From contig JBEKWR010000016.1 of the NCBI GenBank assembly GCA_049512935.1, forward strand, positions 1 through 42,279: 42,279 nt of DNA, read 5' to 3'. Position 1 is the stretch's first letter, and the number at the start of each line of letters is the position of its first letter. The notes beneath the pieces are model-generated. The model did no database searches. It worked only from the letters and a program-made list of their open reading frames with translations, and was not told where the DNA came from. This document shows positions 1 through 9,206 of this stretch, piece after piece. The stretch comes from Candidatus Bathyarchaeia archaeon (GTDB lineage: Archaea > Thermoproteota > Bathyarchaeia > Bathyarchaeales > Bathycorpusculaceae). The translations under genes were made by a program, and so were the position numbers.

Positions 1-522
1 AAAGCGGTCGGAGCCCTAAAAGACAGGCGGTACCTTGAGTTCACAGCTCATCCGCACTGCGGCATGGCAACGTACCTTCTGATCGAAAACGGCAAAATCG
101 TTCCCATCACAAAGTACGGCAACATCCCCAAGTTCATCGGAGTGATGAACAAGGTCTACGAGACAGCTTCGAAGGGAAGCAAGAACAAAGCCAAACTGCG
201 CCTAATCAGCTCGGCGCGTTACATAAAGGTAGGTTTCCTGAGAAAGTACGTTTTAGGCGTGATAACGAAGGGCGACTACGACTCGCTCGGCGACCTGCAG
301 CGACAATCCATTCTGCTTTCGTCGATGCATTTCATGGATCCCTACAACTTTGACCTTGAAAGAGTGCAACGCTGCCTAATCCACTACGCCGTGCCAGACG
401 GGCGCATAATTCCTTTCTGCACCATGAACAGCATCCACAGAGCTGAAGTTGAGAAGAAACTTGGCGTACCCATCAAAGAGTGGAAAGAGCAACATAAGGT
501 TGAAATAAGCCAGCCATTCTAG
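1..522 (+). CDS. tes: Radical SAM protein, C-terminal part (tetraether lipid synthase Tes/MJ0619-like), 5'-truncated by the window edge
   Basis: Frame is open from base 1 (KAVGALKDRRYLEFTAHPHCGMATY...). HPHCG and HFMDPYNFDLERVQRCLIHYAVPDGRIIPFC match the C-terminal motifs of the Tes/MJ0619 family. Confidence 0.75.
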   Translation, partial: KAVGALKDRRYLEFTAHPHCGMATYLLIENGKIVPITKYGNIPKFIGVMNKVYETASKGSKNKAKLRLISSARYIKVGFLRKYVLGVITKGDYDSLGDLQRQSILLSSMHFMDPYNFDLERVQRCLIHYAVPDGRIIPFCTMNSIHRAEVEKKLGVPIKEWKEQHKVEISQPF

Positions 523-557
523 ATGTTGAGAACAAAACATTCAAGGTGAAAAAACTT

Positions 558-884
558 ATGGGTGGAAAAAAGAAACTCGGCATAAAGCAGATGGAAAAGC
601 AGCAGGTCACTCAAGACGAAGCTAAGGCACAGGACAAGAAGAAAGAAAAAGCAGGTCCTCCGAAAGAGCGGAAAGCCGCAAGCATAATGGCGCCAGACGT
701 GAAGGACAGCAAAGTCATCGCTGAAGTCAAGAAAATGAACGTTTTAACACCGTACGCCGTTGCGACACGCTACAACATGCGAATCAGCACAGCAAAAGAC
801 TTTCTGGAACAGCTCGAAACATGCGGCGCGATTCAACTCGTATCTGGAAGCCACAACCTCAAGATCTACAAGCCAGCAGCTTAA
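558..884 (+). CDS. rps25e: 30S ribosomal protein S25e
   Basis: MGGKKK start, winged-helix core LTPYAVATRYNMRISTAKDFLEQL; GGTGA SD before ATG 558. Confidence 0.92.
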   Translation: MGGKKKLGIKQMEKQQVTQDEAKAQDKKKEKAGPPKERKAASIMAPDVKDSKVIAEVKKMNVLTPYAVATRYNMRISTAKDFLEQLETCGAIQLVSGSHNLKIYKPAA

Positions 885-939
885 GTCTGCTAAGGCATTA
901 CCCTTTTAGTTTTCTTGAAAAAAATCGGAGAGTTTTTGT

Positions 940-1422
940 TTGACAGATTTCCCAGAAAGAGTTTACACTGCTGAAGAAGTGAAAACCGCTAAAGAACTAG
1001 TCGACCAAGGGTACAAGCATAACCTCACAGTTGAAGGCTCAACTGGTTTTAAAGAAAAAATCAACCAGACACTCGACCTGATCGAGACAGCGGGTTACTA
1101 TGACTTCTTGAGAGCGTACATCCGAAAAATAATGGAAATTGACGGCTTAACGCAGCTACGGGAAACCGAAGTCGCCATTTGGGCAAACAAGTTCGCCGTT
1201 GACAACCCAGTTGACGCCGCCAGCCTGTTTGTGCAGAAGGCTTACAGCATGAAAGAATACCTGGAAGGCGAACTCTACTACGGCGGCAACGCAGAGAAAC
1301 GTTCAGTCGCCAAACGCGTCGAGTTCCTGCGGGACCTCAAAGACAAAAGCGCTGATGGAAACGTCAAAGAAGAGTGCGAACGGCTGCTTCAAATGTGGAA
1401 GGAAAGCTCGTTAGCGTTTTAG
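940..1422 (+). CDS. Hypothetical protein (160 aa)
   Basis: GGAGAG SD before TTG, protein-like composition, convergent 4-bp overlap with the next gene; no family recognised. Confidence 0.8.
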   Translation: MTDFPERVYTAEEVKTAKELVDQGYKHNLTVEGSTGFKEKINQTLDLIETAGYYDFLRAYIRKIMEIDGLTQLRETEVAIWANKFAVDNPVDAASLFVQKAYSMKEYLEGELYYGGNAEKRSVAKRVEFLRDLKDKSADGNVKEECERLLQMWKESSLAF

Positions 1423-1808
1423 CTGGTAAGCAGTTCAACGCGTATTGTTATTCCGCTTTTAATTTCCTTGAAAACCTCCAAGTTGCTCGTTATCTTGCCC
1501 AGTATGCTCACGGGGCTGTAAGGCTGCGACTTGCCATAGAAGACGCACAAAGCGCCGCCCATAGGCCAAAAAGCGATGGTGCCCGCTTCAACGGTAGGCT
1601 TGGCTTTTTCTTCACCCATCTTAATCGGGATTTCAAAGTAAACCTCCTCCTTCCAAAGCGCGGCTCTGCCTTCAATTGGGAGCTTACGGGTCAGGTAGTC
1701 AATGGTTCTTGGCGCTAAAAACCTGACAAGTTCACCTTCGGCGTGACCTAAACCTTCGATTACAAACTTCACTTTTATCCGTGAAACGTCCCCCGATTCA
1801 GTGCTCAA
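1419..1808 (-). CDS. Cyclophilin-like fold protein (DUF369-like)
   Basis: APRT...LPIEGRAALWKEEVYFEIP...GTIAFWPMGGALCVFYG pattern. Confidence 0.8.
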   Translation of the reverse strand: MSTESGDVSRIKVKFVIEGLGHAEGELVRFLAPRTIDYLTRKLPIEGRAALWKEEVYFEIPIKMGEEKAKPTVEAGTIAFWPMGGALCVFYGKSQPYSPVSILGKITSNLEVFKEIKSGITIRVELLTS

Positions 1809-1937
1809 TTGCTTTCATGCTCCTTCAAACAAAATCCAAGTAAATTAAGGGTTCTGGCTATTCATAATGCAACGTTCGATTTAACTGTTACAGTTACTCA
1901 CGTCGCCGAGAGCGAAGGGGGTCCAGAAGCAGCCACG

Positions 1938-3041
1938 CTACAGTAGGCTTAGCAATGTTTTTCCTATGTAATCAACCTGTTCAGAGGTGACTGCTGGATG
2001 GATGGGCAGGGAGAAAACTTGTTTTGACGCACTGTCCGTTTCAGGCAGCTTTGCGCTTTTGAAGTTTTCACGGTAGAACGGCATCTGATGCACGGGGTTG
2101 ACGTAGTAGGCTTCGGCGCCGATTCCCTGTTTCTTTAACGCATCCAAAATGCCGTTGCGTTCTGTTTCTGTTCCGTTCTTCAATCTAGCAGTGTAGAGGT
2201 ACCAACTGTGCTGGCGGTCCTTGGATTCGTAGGGCAAGATGAGCCTGCTGCTTTGCTCAAGTATCTTTGTCAGTTGCTGCGCGTTTCGGCGGCGTTTAGC
2301 CACAAAAGAGGGCAGTTTATCCAGCTGCACGTTGCCTATCGCAGCCTGCATTTCCGACATGCGGTAATTGTTGCCAAGAATCAGCGAGGCGTACTTGGCT
2401 TTTTCTCCATGCGTCCTGATCATCCGTAGCGTCTCGTCCAATTGATCGTTGCTTGTCGTGACTAAGCCGCCTTCGCCAGTTGTCATGTTTTTGCTTGCGT
2501 ACAGGCTCCAGCAGGCGGCGTCAGCGTAGCTTCCAGCTGGTTTTCCAGCGTAAGTTGCCCCGTGCGCTTGGGCAGCATCCTCAACCAACGCTAAACCGTG
2601 CTTCTCGGCAATTTCTCTTAAGGGATCCATGTCGGCTGAGAAACCGTAGAGATCAACGGGCAGAATAGCCTTGGTTTTTTTGGTTACCGCCTTTTCAGCC
2701 GCGCTGGGCGACAGATTGTAAGTTGCAGGGTCGATGTCGGCGAAAACGGGTTTCCCGCCTGCCAAAACGACGGCTTCCGCAGTGGCTACGAAAGTGAAGC
2801 TGGGCAGGATGACTTCGTCGCCTTGTTTTACGCCGCAAGCCATTACAGCCGAGTGCAACGCTGCGGTGCCTGTGTTGACGGCTACGGCGTGTTTTGCGCC
2901 TGCGAGTTTCGCGAAGTTTTGCTCCAGCCTCGTTACTTCTGGGCCTGCTCCAAGCCCGCTTGTCAGCATTCCACTTCGCAGAACTTTAACCACTTCTTGG
3001 ATCTCTTCTTCGCCTATTTGCGGCATATTAATGGGTATCAA
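1938..3041 (-). CDS. DegT/DnrJ/EryC1/StrS family PLP-dependent sugar aminotransferase
   Basis: NTGTAAL, SFTFVATAEAV, EDAAQAHGA, SLYASKNMTTGEGG, NYRMSE motifs. Confidence 0.93.
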   Translation of the reverse strand: MIPINMPQIGEEEIQEVVKVLRSGMLTSGLGAGPEVTRLEQNFAKLAGAKHAVAVNTGTAALHSAVMACGVKQGDEVILPSFTFVATAEAVVLAGGKPVFADIDPATYNLSPSAAEKAVTKKTKAILPVDLYGFSADMDPLREIAEKHGLALVEDAAQAHGATYAGKPAGSYADAACWSLYASKNMTTGEGGLVTTSNDQLDETLRMIRTHGEKAKYASLILGNNYRMSEMQAAIGNVQLDKLPSFVAKRRRNAQQLTKILEQSSRLILPYESKDRQHSWYLYTARLKNGTETERNGILDALKKQGIGAEAYYVNPVHQMPFYRENFKSAKLPETDSASKQVFSLPIHPAVTSEQVDYIGKTLLSLL

Positions 3042-3115
3042 AGGTTAAGCCTCAACTTACGGAATAGGTATGGCTGTGTGGTATATTTCGATTTTCCAAA
3101 ATCTTTAACCGCAGG

Positions 3116-4249
3116 CTACTCGACGCTGATGTTCTGTACGATCTTGTAGTCGGTCACAACCCTAACGCCGCGCGCTCGAAACTCTTCATCAAGTTCCGCG
3201 TCGCCAGTGTCAACCCTCAAACTCTTGAGCCTGTCCAACTTGCTTTTAGTCGCAACCACAACAATCTTGTCTAAGCCGACCTGGCGGATAACTTTGGCGC
3301 TTATCTGCTGGTTTCCCCTTCCGAAAATGAAGCCCTGACCGCCAATCGGCGTAACAATAATTTGGGCAGTTTTTCCCTTTATGGTTTCAAGTATTTGCCG
3401 CTCGTTTGCATCACGCTGGATTATTTTCTTGTTTTGGAAGAGGTCCACGCCGAGAAGGGTTTTCTTCTCATCTAAAAGGTCGCTTATGGTGCGGGTTGTG
3501 GTTCCCGGTCCCACAATGTAAATGATTTCTGGTTTCATTTCCTCTATGATGTAAACGGCTATTGCCGCTTGGTTGCGTACCTCGCTTTCGGTCATTGGGC
3601 TTTCAAGCTTGTTTCCTTGGATCAAATGCGGCTCGTAGGGGCTAAGCATGTAACCGTAAAGCTCCGCGGAAAGATGACCTGCCCTGAAGGCTTCCTCATC
3701 GATGTCCATTACCTCTGCTTCCCGCAGCGGCAAGCCATCCCAAAGGAACACGAGGGCAACTCTTGCGGCGGCTTGAGGAGTCACGGCGAATAGGGCGCTG
3801 TGCATTTTGACGCCTGTCGGAACCCCAAGCACGGGAACTTTCAAGCCGACGGCTTTCAGTACATCACGGGCTGTCCCGTCGCCGCCGCAGAAAACCAGCA
3901 AATCAACCCCAGAAGCCAGTATTCGTTTAGCGATGATTTCGGTGTCCTCACAGGAAGTTTCCTCTTTGGTTTCGCCCTCTACCTTGAAGGTAAAGCCGCA
4001 TTTCCTTGCTTCACCCTCGCCCATCTTGCCAGCGCCAACAATCAATCGCAGGCTCTCTTTTGCCGCAACGATTGCGGCGAGAAACGTTTCTGCCTTATGC
4101 GACGCTATCGGTTTCGCGCCAAGGGATATGGCTTTGTCAAGGATTGTTTTGCCGTCTGTTCCTTTTAACCCGACGGCACCGCCCATTCCTGCGACTGGGT
4201 TAACGATGAAACCGACGGTTTTGGTCGGCAATTGCTGGGGTTCCGTCAA
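3116..4249 (-). CDS. ATP-NAD kinase family protein
   Basis: GFIVNPVAGMGG, GGDGTARD, GVPTGVKMHS, GGQGFIFGRGNQQ motifs. Confidence 0.88.
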   Translation of the reverse strand: MTEPQQLPTKTVGFIVNPVAGMGGAVGLKGTDGKTILDKAISLGAKPIASHKAETFLAAIVAAKESLRLIVGAGKMGEGEARKCGFTFKVEGETKEETSCEDTEIIAKRILASGVDLLVFCGGDGTARDVLKAVGLKVPVLGVPTGVKMHSALFAVTPQAAARVALVFLWDGLPLREAEVMDIDEEAFRAGHLSAELYGYMLSPYEPHLIQGNKLESPMTESEVRNQAAIAVYIIEEMKPEIIYIVGPGTTTRTISDLLDEKKTLLGVDLFQNKKIIQRDANERQILETIKGKTAQIIVTPIGGQGFIFGRGNQQISAKVIRQVGLDKIVVVATKSKLDRLKSLRVDTGDAELDEEFRARGVRVVTDYKIVQNISVE

Positions 4250-4312
4250 CTGGGTTAACCTAAGTTGGTATTGGGCTGCTAGGATAAAAAGAAAATGCGA
4301 CGTTAACTGACG

Positions 4313-4342
4313 TATTTGGATCCAAATAGGGTTCTATTTGGA
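4313..4342. promoter_or_regulatory. Three TATTTGGA half-sites (forward, reverse, forward): candidate operator
   Basis: TATTTGGA 4313-4320, TCCAAATA 4321-4328, TATTTGGA 4335-4342, upstream of the NAD-kinase gene. Confidence 0.4.
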
Positions 4343-4552
4343 ACATCTAGAAAACCGTAGGGGTAGGCTGAACGAAAAAAGAAAATCGACGGGAAGGCTA
4401 GACCAAGCGGTCAGTGAAGTTGTTGATGATGAAGAAGAAGATGATGGAGTATTTTCCTTCTTTTCAGAAAGAAAAAGGGCACTATCGGACTAAAAACAGT
4501 CTTGAACGCAAAAAAGAAAAATAAAATAGGAAAAGGGGGAAAGAGCGTTGAT

Positions 4553-5965
4553 TTAGAGTGTTTCGCAGCTTATGTATTTCTTGTTGACTTCGTCGAGCCA
4601 CGGGTACAGGTTGTGAAGCTTCTTCATCGACTCTTCAACTCTCTCGGTCGGGTACTCGTAAGGCTGCAGGTTACCGCTGAAGTACTCGTCGTACGCCGCC
4701 ATGTCAAAGTAGCCGTGACCGCAGAGCACGAACAAGATGGTTTTCGCCTCGCCCGTCTTCTTGCAGCGCAAAGCCTCGTCAATGGCGCCTTTGATCGCGT
4801 GGGACGGCTCAGGTGCCGGAATGATGCCTTCGGTTTGGATGAACAGTTTCGCCGCGTCGAAGACTTCCAACTGGTTGAACGCTTCCGTCGTCATCTTCTT
4901 CTCTTGAACAAGAACGCTAATCGTCGGAGCAATGCCGTGGTAGCGGAGCCCGCCTGCGTGGATGGGCGCGGGTATAAAGTCGTGGCCTATCGTGTGCATG
5001 GGCACAAGAGGCGTCAGTTTCGCGGTGTCGCCGTGGTCATACTGGTAATATCCCTTTGTAACTTTTGGGCATGCGGTGGCTTCAGTTGCAACAAATTTGG
5101 TTTCTTTGGGCGCTTTTTTTGCGACCTTGTCGTGGTAGAAGGGCCACATGAGTCCTGAGAAACTGCTGCCTCCACCTATGCACCCGTAAATCACATCGGG
5201 GTAATCATCAACCATTTCAAGCTGTTTCTTGGCTTCTAAACCTTCAACAGTCTGATGCAAGCAAACGTGGTTGAAGACGCTGCCTATGGCATAGTTGGTT
5301 TCCTCTTCGTTCACGAGGGCATCTTCGACCGCTTCACTGATGGCTATGCCGAGACTGCCAGTGCTATCTGGGTCTTCAGCAAGGATTTTCCTGCCTGCTT
5401 CTGTCTTGTTACTTGGGCTAGCAATGCATTCTGCGCCGAAGGCTTTCATCATCATCTTTCGGTACGGTTTCTGATCATAGCTTGCACGCACCATGTAAAC
5501 GGTGGCTTTGAGCCCGAACATCATGGTTGCAAACGCCAAGGCTGAACCCCACTGACCCGCCCCGGTTTCTGTTGATAGGCGTTTGGTGCCTTCTTTCATG
5601 TTGTAGTATGCTTGGGGTACGGCGGTGTTGGGTTTGTGGCTTCCAGCTGGGCTTACGCCTTCGTACTTGTAATAGATTTTTGCGGGCGTTTTTAGCGCTT
5701 TTTCCAGCCCGATGGCTCTGAAAAGTGGTGACGGTCTCCAGATTCGGTAGACCTCTCTGACTTCTTCAGGTATGTCTATCCATCGTTCTTGGCTGATTTC
5801 TTGACCGATAATTGCTTTTGGGAATATTCTTGGAACGATTCCGACGCCTGGCTGCTTTGTGGCTGCATCGATGAATGGTGGGAGCGGCTTAGGCAAATCG
5901 GGGACGATGTTATACCACTGTTTGGGTATGTCGCCTTCTTTAAGTAAGATTTTTCTGTCTGGCAT
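4553..5965 (-). CDS. trpB2: Tryptophan synthase beta chain type 2 (TrpB2)
   Basis: [22 protein letters not shown] (PLP lysine), [30 protein letters not shown]. Confidence 0.95.
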   Translation of the reverse strand: MPDRKILLKEGDIPKQWYNIVPDLPKPLPPFIDAATKQPGVGIVPRIFPKAIIGQEISQERWIDIPEEVREVYRIWRPSPLFRAIGLEKALKTPAKIYYKYEGVSPAGSHKPNTAVPQAYYNMKEGTKRLSTETGAGQWGSALAFATMMFGLKATVYMVRASYDQKPYRKMMMKAFGAECIASPSNKTEAGRKILAEDPDSTGSLGIAISEAVEDALVNEEETNYAIGSVFNHVCLHQTVEGLEAKKQLEMVDDYPDVIYGCIGGGSSFSGLMWPFYHDKVAKKAPKETKFVATEATACPKVTKGYYQYDHGDTAKLTPLVPMHTIGHDFIPAPIHAGGLRYHGIAPTISVLVQEKKMTTEAFNQLEVFDAAKLFIQTEGIIPAPEPSHAIKGAIDEALRCKKTGEAKTILFVLCGHGYFDMAAYDEYFSGNLQPYEYPTERVEESMKKLHNLYPWLDEVNKKYISCETL

Positions 5966-5997
5966 TTTTTTCGCCTTTTTTACTTTAAGCTATGAAA

Positions 5998-6043
5998 TGT
6001 ACGTTTCAGTTTTATTTAAGGCTTTTGTGTACATATTTGTACG
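5998..6043. promoter_or_regulatory. TRP-box-like sites around the trpB2 promoter
   Basis: TGTACG 5998-6003, TGTACA 6028-6033, TGTACG 6038-6043, flanking a minus-strand TTAAATA TATA box near 6013-6019. Confidence 0.6.
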
Positions 6044-6114
6044 TTGAAAACGTAGCAACACCTAAACAACACATTTATACAGAAACGAACAGAAACATAC
6101 AGAAGCGAAGCAAA

Positions 6115-6618
6115 ATGTGGAACATGATTAAAGATCAATTACAGGAATACCCCGAACGCCTCAAAGTTGCACGCGTCCTAATAGAAAACGGACTAAGCGT
6201 ACAAGGAAACAAGGTATGCCTAAACCAAATCGAAATCCCGCCCGTGCGCATAGCAAGAGCCGCGGGGGTAGATCGACGAACCGTAAACGAAACGTTACGT
6301 ACAATAGAGGCTGACCCTGAACTCAAACTAATCTTTGAAGAAATACGTCCCGCAGGACACTCGCTCAAAGAAATAGCCAAGCACCTCAATCTGGGAGTCT
6401 TAGAGATTACGCCTGTGAACGCGATGTCGCCGGGAATCCTGTCCAACGCAGCCATGATCCTCAACAGGGCGGGACTAAGCATCAGGCAGGCGATCGTGGA
6501 TGACCCTGAACTCTCGCCTGAGCCTAAGCTTACCCTGATAGTTGAGAAGAAAATTCCAGGAGAACTAATCTCCGAGCTGCTAAAGACACCTGGAATAGCT
6601 AAAGTCTCTGTCTATTAA
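6115..6618 (+). CDS. trpY: TrpY-like regulator (N-terminal HTH plus C-terminal ACT domain)
   Basis: RIARAAGVDRRTVNET HTH; PGILS...SIRQAIVDDPELSPEPKLTLI ACT domain; divergent from trpB2. Start placed at MWNM (ATG 6115), not 5992. Confidence 0.75.
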   Translation: MWNMIKDQLQEYPERLKVARVLIENGLSVQGNKVCLNQIEIPPVRIARAAGVDRRTVNETLRTIEADPELKLIFEEIRPAGHSLKEIAKHLNLGVLEITPVNAMSPGILSNAAMILNRAGLSIRQAIVDDPELSPEPKLTLIVEKKIPGELISELLKTPGIAKVSVY

Positions 6619-6773
6619 AGCCGTGGCAACAATGAAAAAAAGAAGAACCGAAAAACTGGCAAAATGATGCAAAAAGCGCTCGCATAGGCTTTAGTCGTCA
6701 ATCCTCGCCTAGAAAAACTTATATTGCTAGTAATATTTGTTGTTGTTCGCATTATAAGTGGAGGTTACTTGAT

Positions 6774-8465
6774 TTGTCATCATTTCCAACGCAGGCGGGA
6801 GGAATACCTGTTCTTGTTCTGAAAGAAGGCTCAAACAGGTCCCGTGGGAAAGAAGCACTGCACGGTAACATAACTGCCGCTAAAGTTGTGGCTGAAAGCG
6901 TCAAGAGCGCTTTGGGTCCGAAAGGCATGGATAAAATGTTGGTTGACAACTTTGGAGACACTACGATAACGAGTGATGGCCGCACGATTTTGGATGAGAT
7001 GGATGTTCAGCATCCAGCCGCCAAAATGCTTGTTGAGGTCGCCAAGACCCAGGATAACGAAGCTGGCGACGGAACAACATCCGCCGTTATAATTGCAGGC
7101 GAACTTCTAAGCAGAGCAGAAGAGTTAATCGACAAAAATGTGCACCCAACAGTAATAATTGACGGTTACAGGAAGGCAGCTGAAAAAGCGCTTAAAACCC
7201 TTGAGAAAATAGCTCTGCCAGTAGACTTGAAATCACAGGACTTTCTGAAAAAAGCCGCCACAACTTCCATGGGAAGCAAAATCGTCGCTGAACACAAGGA
7301 TTACTTAGCTGATTTGGCCGTTAAGGCGATGCTTGCAGTCGCGGAAAAGCAAGGGCGCGTTTACAAGGTTGATGTTGACGACGTAAAGGTTGAGAAGAAG
7401 ACAGGCGAGTCACTTAATGATACAACACTTATTAACGGCATAATTTTAGATAAGGAAATTGTTCAGTCGGGCATGCCTAAGCGGGTGGAGAAAGCGAAGA
7501 TTGCATTAATAGACGTTTCTTTGGAGATTGAGAAAACCGAGTTAGATTCTAAGATAAACATTGAAAGCCCAGACATGATTGAAGCCTTCCTCAAAGAAGA
7601 AGAAACGATGCTCAGAGACATGACAAACAAAATCTTGGCTTCAGGAGCAAACGTAGTCATATGCCAAAAAGGCATAGACGACATGGTTCAGCATTTCCTT
7701 TCAAGAAAAGGGGTAATAGCGATTAGGCGAGCCAAGAAGTCAGACATGGAGAAACTCGCGAGAGCCACAGGTGCAAAAATAGTTTCAAGCATAGACGATA
7801 TTTCACCGTCAGACCTTGGATACGCTGCTTTGGTTGAGGAGCGCAGGATCGGCGACGACAAGATGACTTTCATCGAAGGCTGCAAGAACCCTAAGGCAGT
7901 AACCATCCTAATCAGGGCCGCGACGCAACGCATGACCGCCGAGGCAGAACGCTCAATCCACGACGCACTTTGTGTTGTCAGAGACTTAATTCAAGAGCCT
8001 AAAATTGTCGCTGGAGGAGGCGCCCCAGAAATGGAAATGGCAAGCGTACTGAGGAAGTATGCTGAGACGGTGCCAGGAAGAGAGCAGCTTGCAGTTAGAG
8101 TGTTCGCAGAAGCCCTCGAATCTATACCTGTAACGCTGGCTGAAAACGCTGGCTTAGACCCAGTTGACATACTTATAGAACTTAGAACCAGACATGAAAA
8201 AGGAGAAACATGGGCTGGCATCGAGGTTTTGGAGGGCAAAGTTCAAGACATGTCAAAAGTAAACATTTTCGAGCCGTTATCAGTTAAAAAACAAATAATA
8301 AAATCCGCAAACGAAGCAGCATCCATGATACTCAAAATCGACGACGTTATCGCTTCAGGCAAGATGAAGGGACCACCGACACCGCCAGGCGGAATGGGCG
8401 GCGGCATGGGAGGCATGGGTGGAATGGGCGGCATGGGCGGATATCCAGGCGCTGGAGAGTACTAA
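6774..8465 (+). CDS. ths: Thermosome (group II chaperonin) subunit
   Basis: [33 protein letters not shown]-terminal GGM repeats; GGAGG SD before TTG. Confidence 0.97.
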   Translation: MSSFPTQAGGIPVLVLKEGSNRSRGKEALHGNITAAKVVAESVKSALGPKGMDKMLVDNFGDTTITSDGRTILDEMDVQHPAAKMLVEVAKTQDNEAGDGTTSAVIIAGELLSRAEELIDKNVHPTVIIDGYRKAAEKALKTLEKIALPVDLKSQDFLKKAATTSMGSKIVAEHKDYLADLAVKAMLAVAEKQGRVYKVDVDDVKVEKKTGESLNDTTLINGIILDKEIVQSGMPKRVEKAKIALIDVSLEIEKTELDSKINIESPDMIEAFLKEEETMLRDMTNKILASGANVVICQKGIDDMVQHFLSRKGVIAIRRAKKSDMEKLARATGAKIVSSIDDISPSDLGYAALVEERRIGDDKMTFIEGCKNPKAVTILIRAATQRMTAEAERSIHDALCVVRDLIQEPKIVAGGGAPEMEMASVLRKYAETVPGREQLAVRVFAEALESIPVTLAENAGLDPVDILIELRTRHEKGETWAGIEVLEGKVQDMSKVNIFEPLSVKKQIIKSANEAASMILKIDDVIASGKMKGPPTPPGGMGGGMGGMGGMGGMGGYPGAGEY

Positions 8466-8468
8466 AAT

Positions 8469-8714
8469 ACGTCAGAAAGAAAAATAACAGTTGGACCACC
8501 AAAAATCACTCGTTTCGAGAAGGCAAGGATAGTTGGAGCTAGAGCACTTCAAATCTCGATGGGAGCACCGATCTTGGTGGATGCAAACGAAAAGACTAAC
8601 CCCATCGACATAGCGTTAAAAGAACTTGAGGCTGCGATACTGCCGATAACTATCAGGCGCACTTTGCCAGACGGAACCTACCAAGACATACCGTTAAAAT
8701 GGCTGCTAACTTAA
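8469..8714 (+). CDS. rpoK: DNA-directed RNA polymerase subunit K (Rpo6), apparent ACG start; absent from the ORF track
   Basis: Manual translation: (M)[80 protein letters not shown]. Contains the Rpo6 signature [16 protein letters not shown]. Confidence 0.93.
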   Translation, partial: TSERKITVGPPKITRFEKARIVGARALQISMGAPILVDANEKTNPIDIALKELEAAILPITIRRTLPDGTYQDIPLKWLLT

Positions 8715-8717
8715 GCT

Positions 8718-9206
8718 TCAATTTTTTTCCTTCAGTTCTTCCAGTTCCGCTTGCGCTTCACTAAGGGTGTTGCTGATCTGTTTCCAGTGGGCTCCTTGCC
8801 AGTAGATTTGCCCGCAGTTTGGGCACTTCCAGAAATTATCATAGTATGTGTACGTGTTCTTCTGCAATTCACCCGAAAGCTGCTCTTTCGGAGTAGCCTT
8901 AAGCTTTGTGTTGCAAACTGGGCAGTTGGACTTTTCCATATCAATCTCCAGCGCTAAACCATATCGGTTGGCAACTTCCGCGAGCCTTGCAGATTCTGAT
9001 GTTCCTTCAACGAAGAAAGCGTCAATGCCCTTGGCGGCGGCGCGTTGGAAAAGCTCCAAATCTTTAGTCAGTAAAACACGACTTTCCTTCTTCGCCAAGT
9101 CGAGAAGCTCATTATCGTTTAGCTCAACATTGTACGTTACGTCTTGACCCAGCATGCGTAGCCAACGTGCCATTTTTCCCAGCATGCTATCCGCTAAGAA
9201 CTTCAC
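8718..9206 (-). CDS. Mut7-C RNase (PIN-like) domain protein with Zn ribbon
   Basis: KFLADSMLGKMARWLRMLG, LLTKD, CPVCN...CPNCGQIYWQGAHW. Confidence 0.9.
   Translation of the reverse strand: MKFLADSMLGKMARWLRMLGQDVTYNVELNDNELLDLAKKESRVLLTKDLELFQRAAAKGIDAFFVEGTSESARLAEVANRYGLALEIDMEKSNCPVCNTKLKATPKEQLSGELQKNTYTYYDNFWKCPNCGQIYWQGAHWKQISNTLSEAQAELEELKEKN

Noticed and set aside
4419-4430. GTTGTTGATGAT shared with 10699-10710; possible C-box or dispersed repeat
   Set aside because: A low-complexity 12-mer can match by chance; flanks do not align and there is no proper C/D'/C'/D layout.
4502-5158. 218-aa plus-strand ORF, and the many other antisense or alternate-frame ORFs in the track
   Set aside because: Shadow ORFs overlapping well-supported genes (here trpB2), with no recognisable motifs.
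8385-8445. GGCATGGG-type tandem repeats
   Set aside because: Ordinary GGM tail of the chaperonin.
6774-8714. Thermosome-RpoK read-through fusion (same frame)
   Set aside because: The stop is TAA after a normal chaperonin C-terminus, and rpoK has its own SD; separate initiation is simpler.
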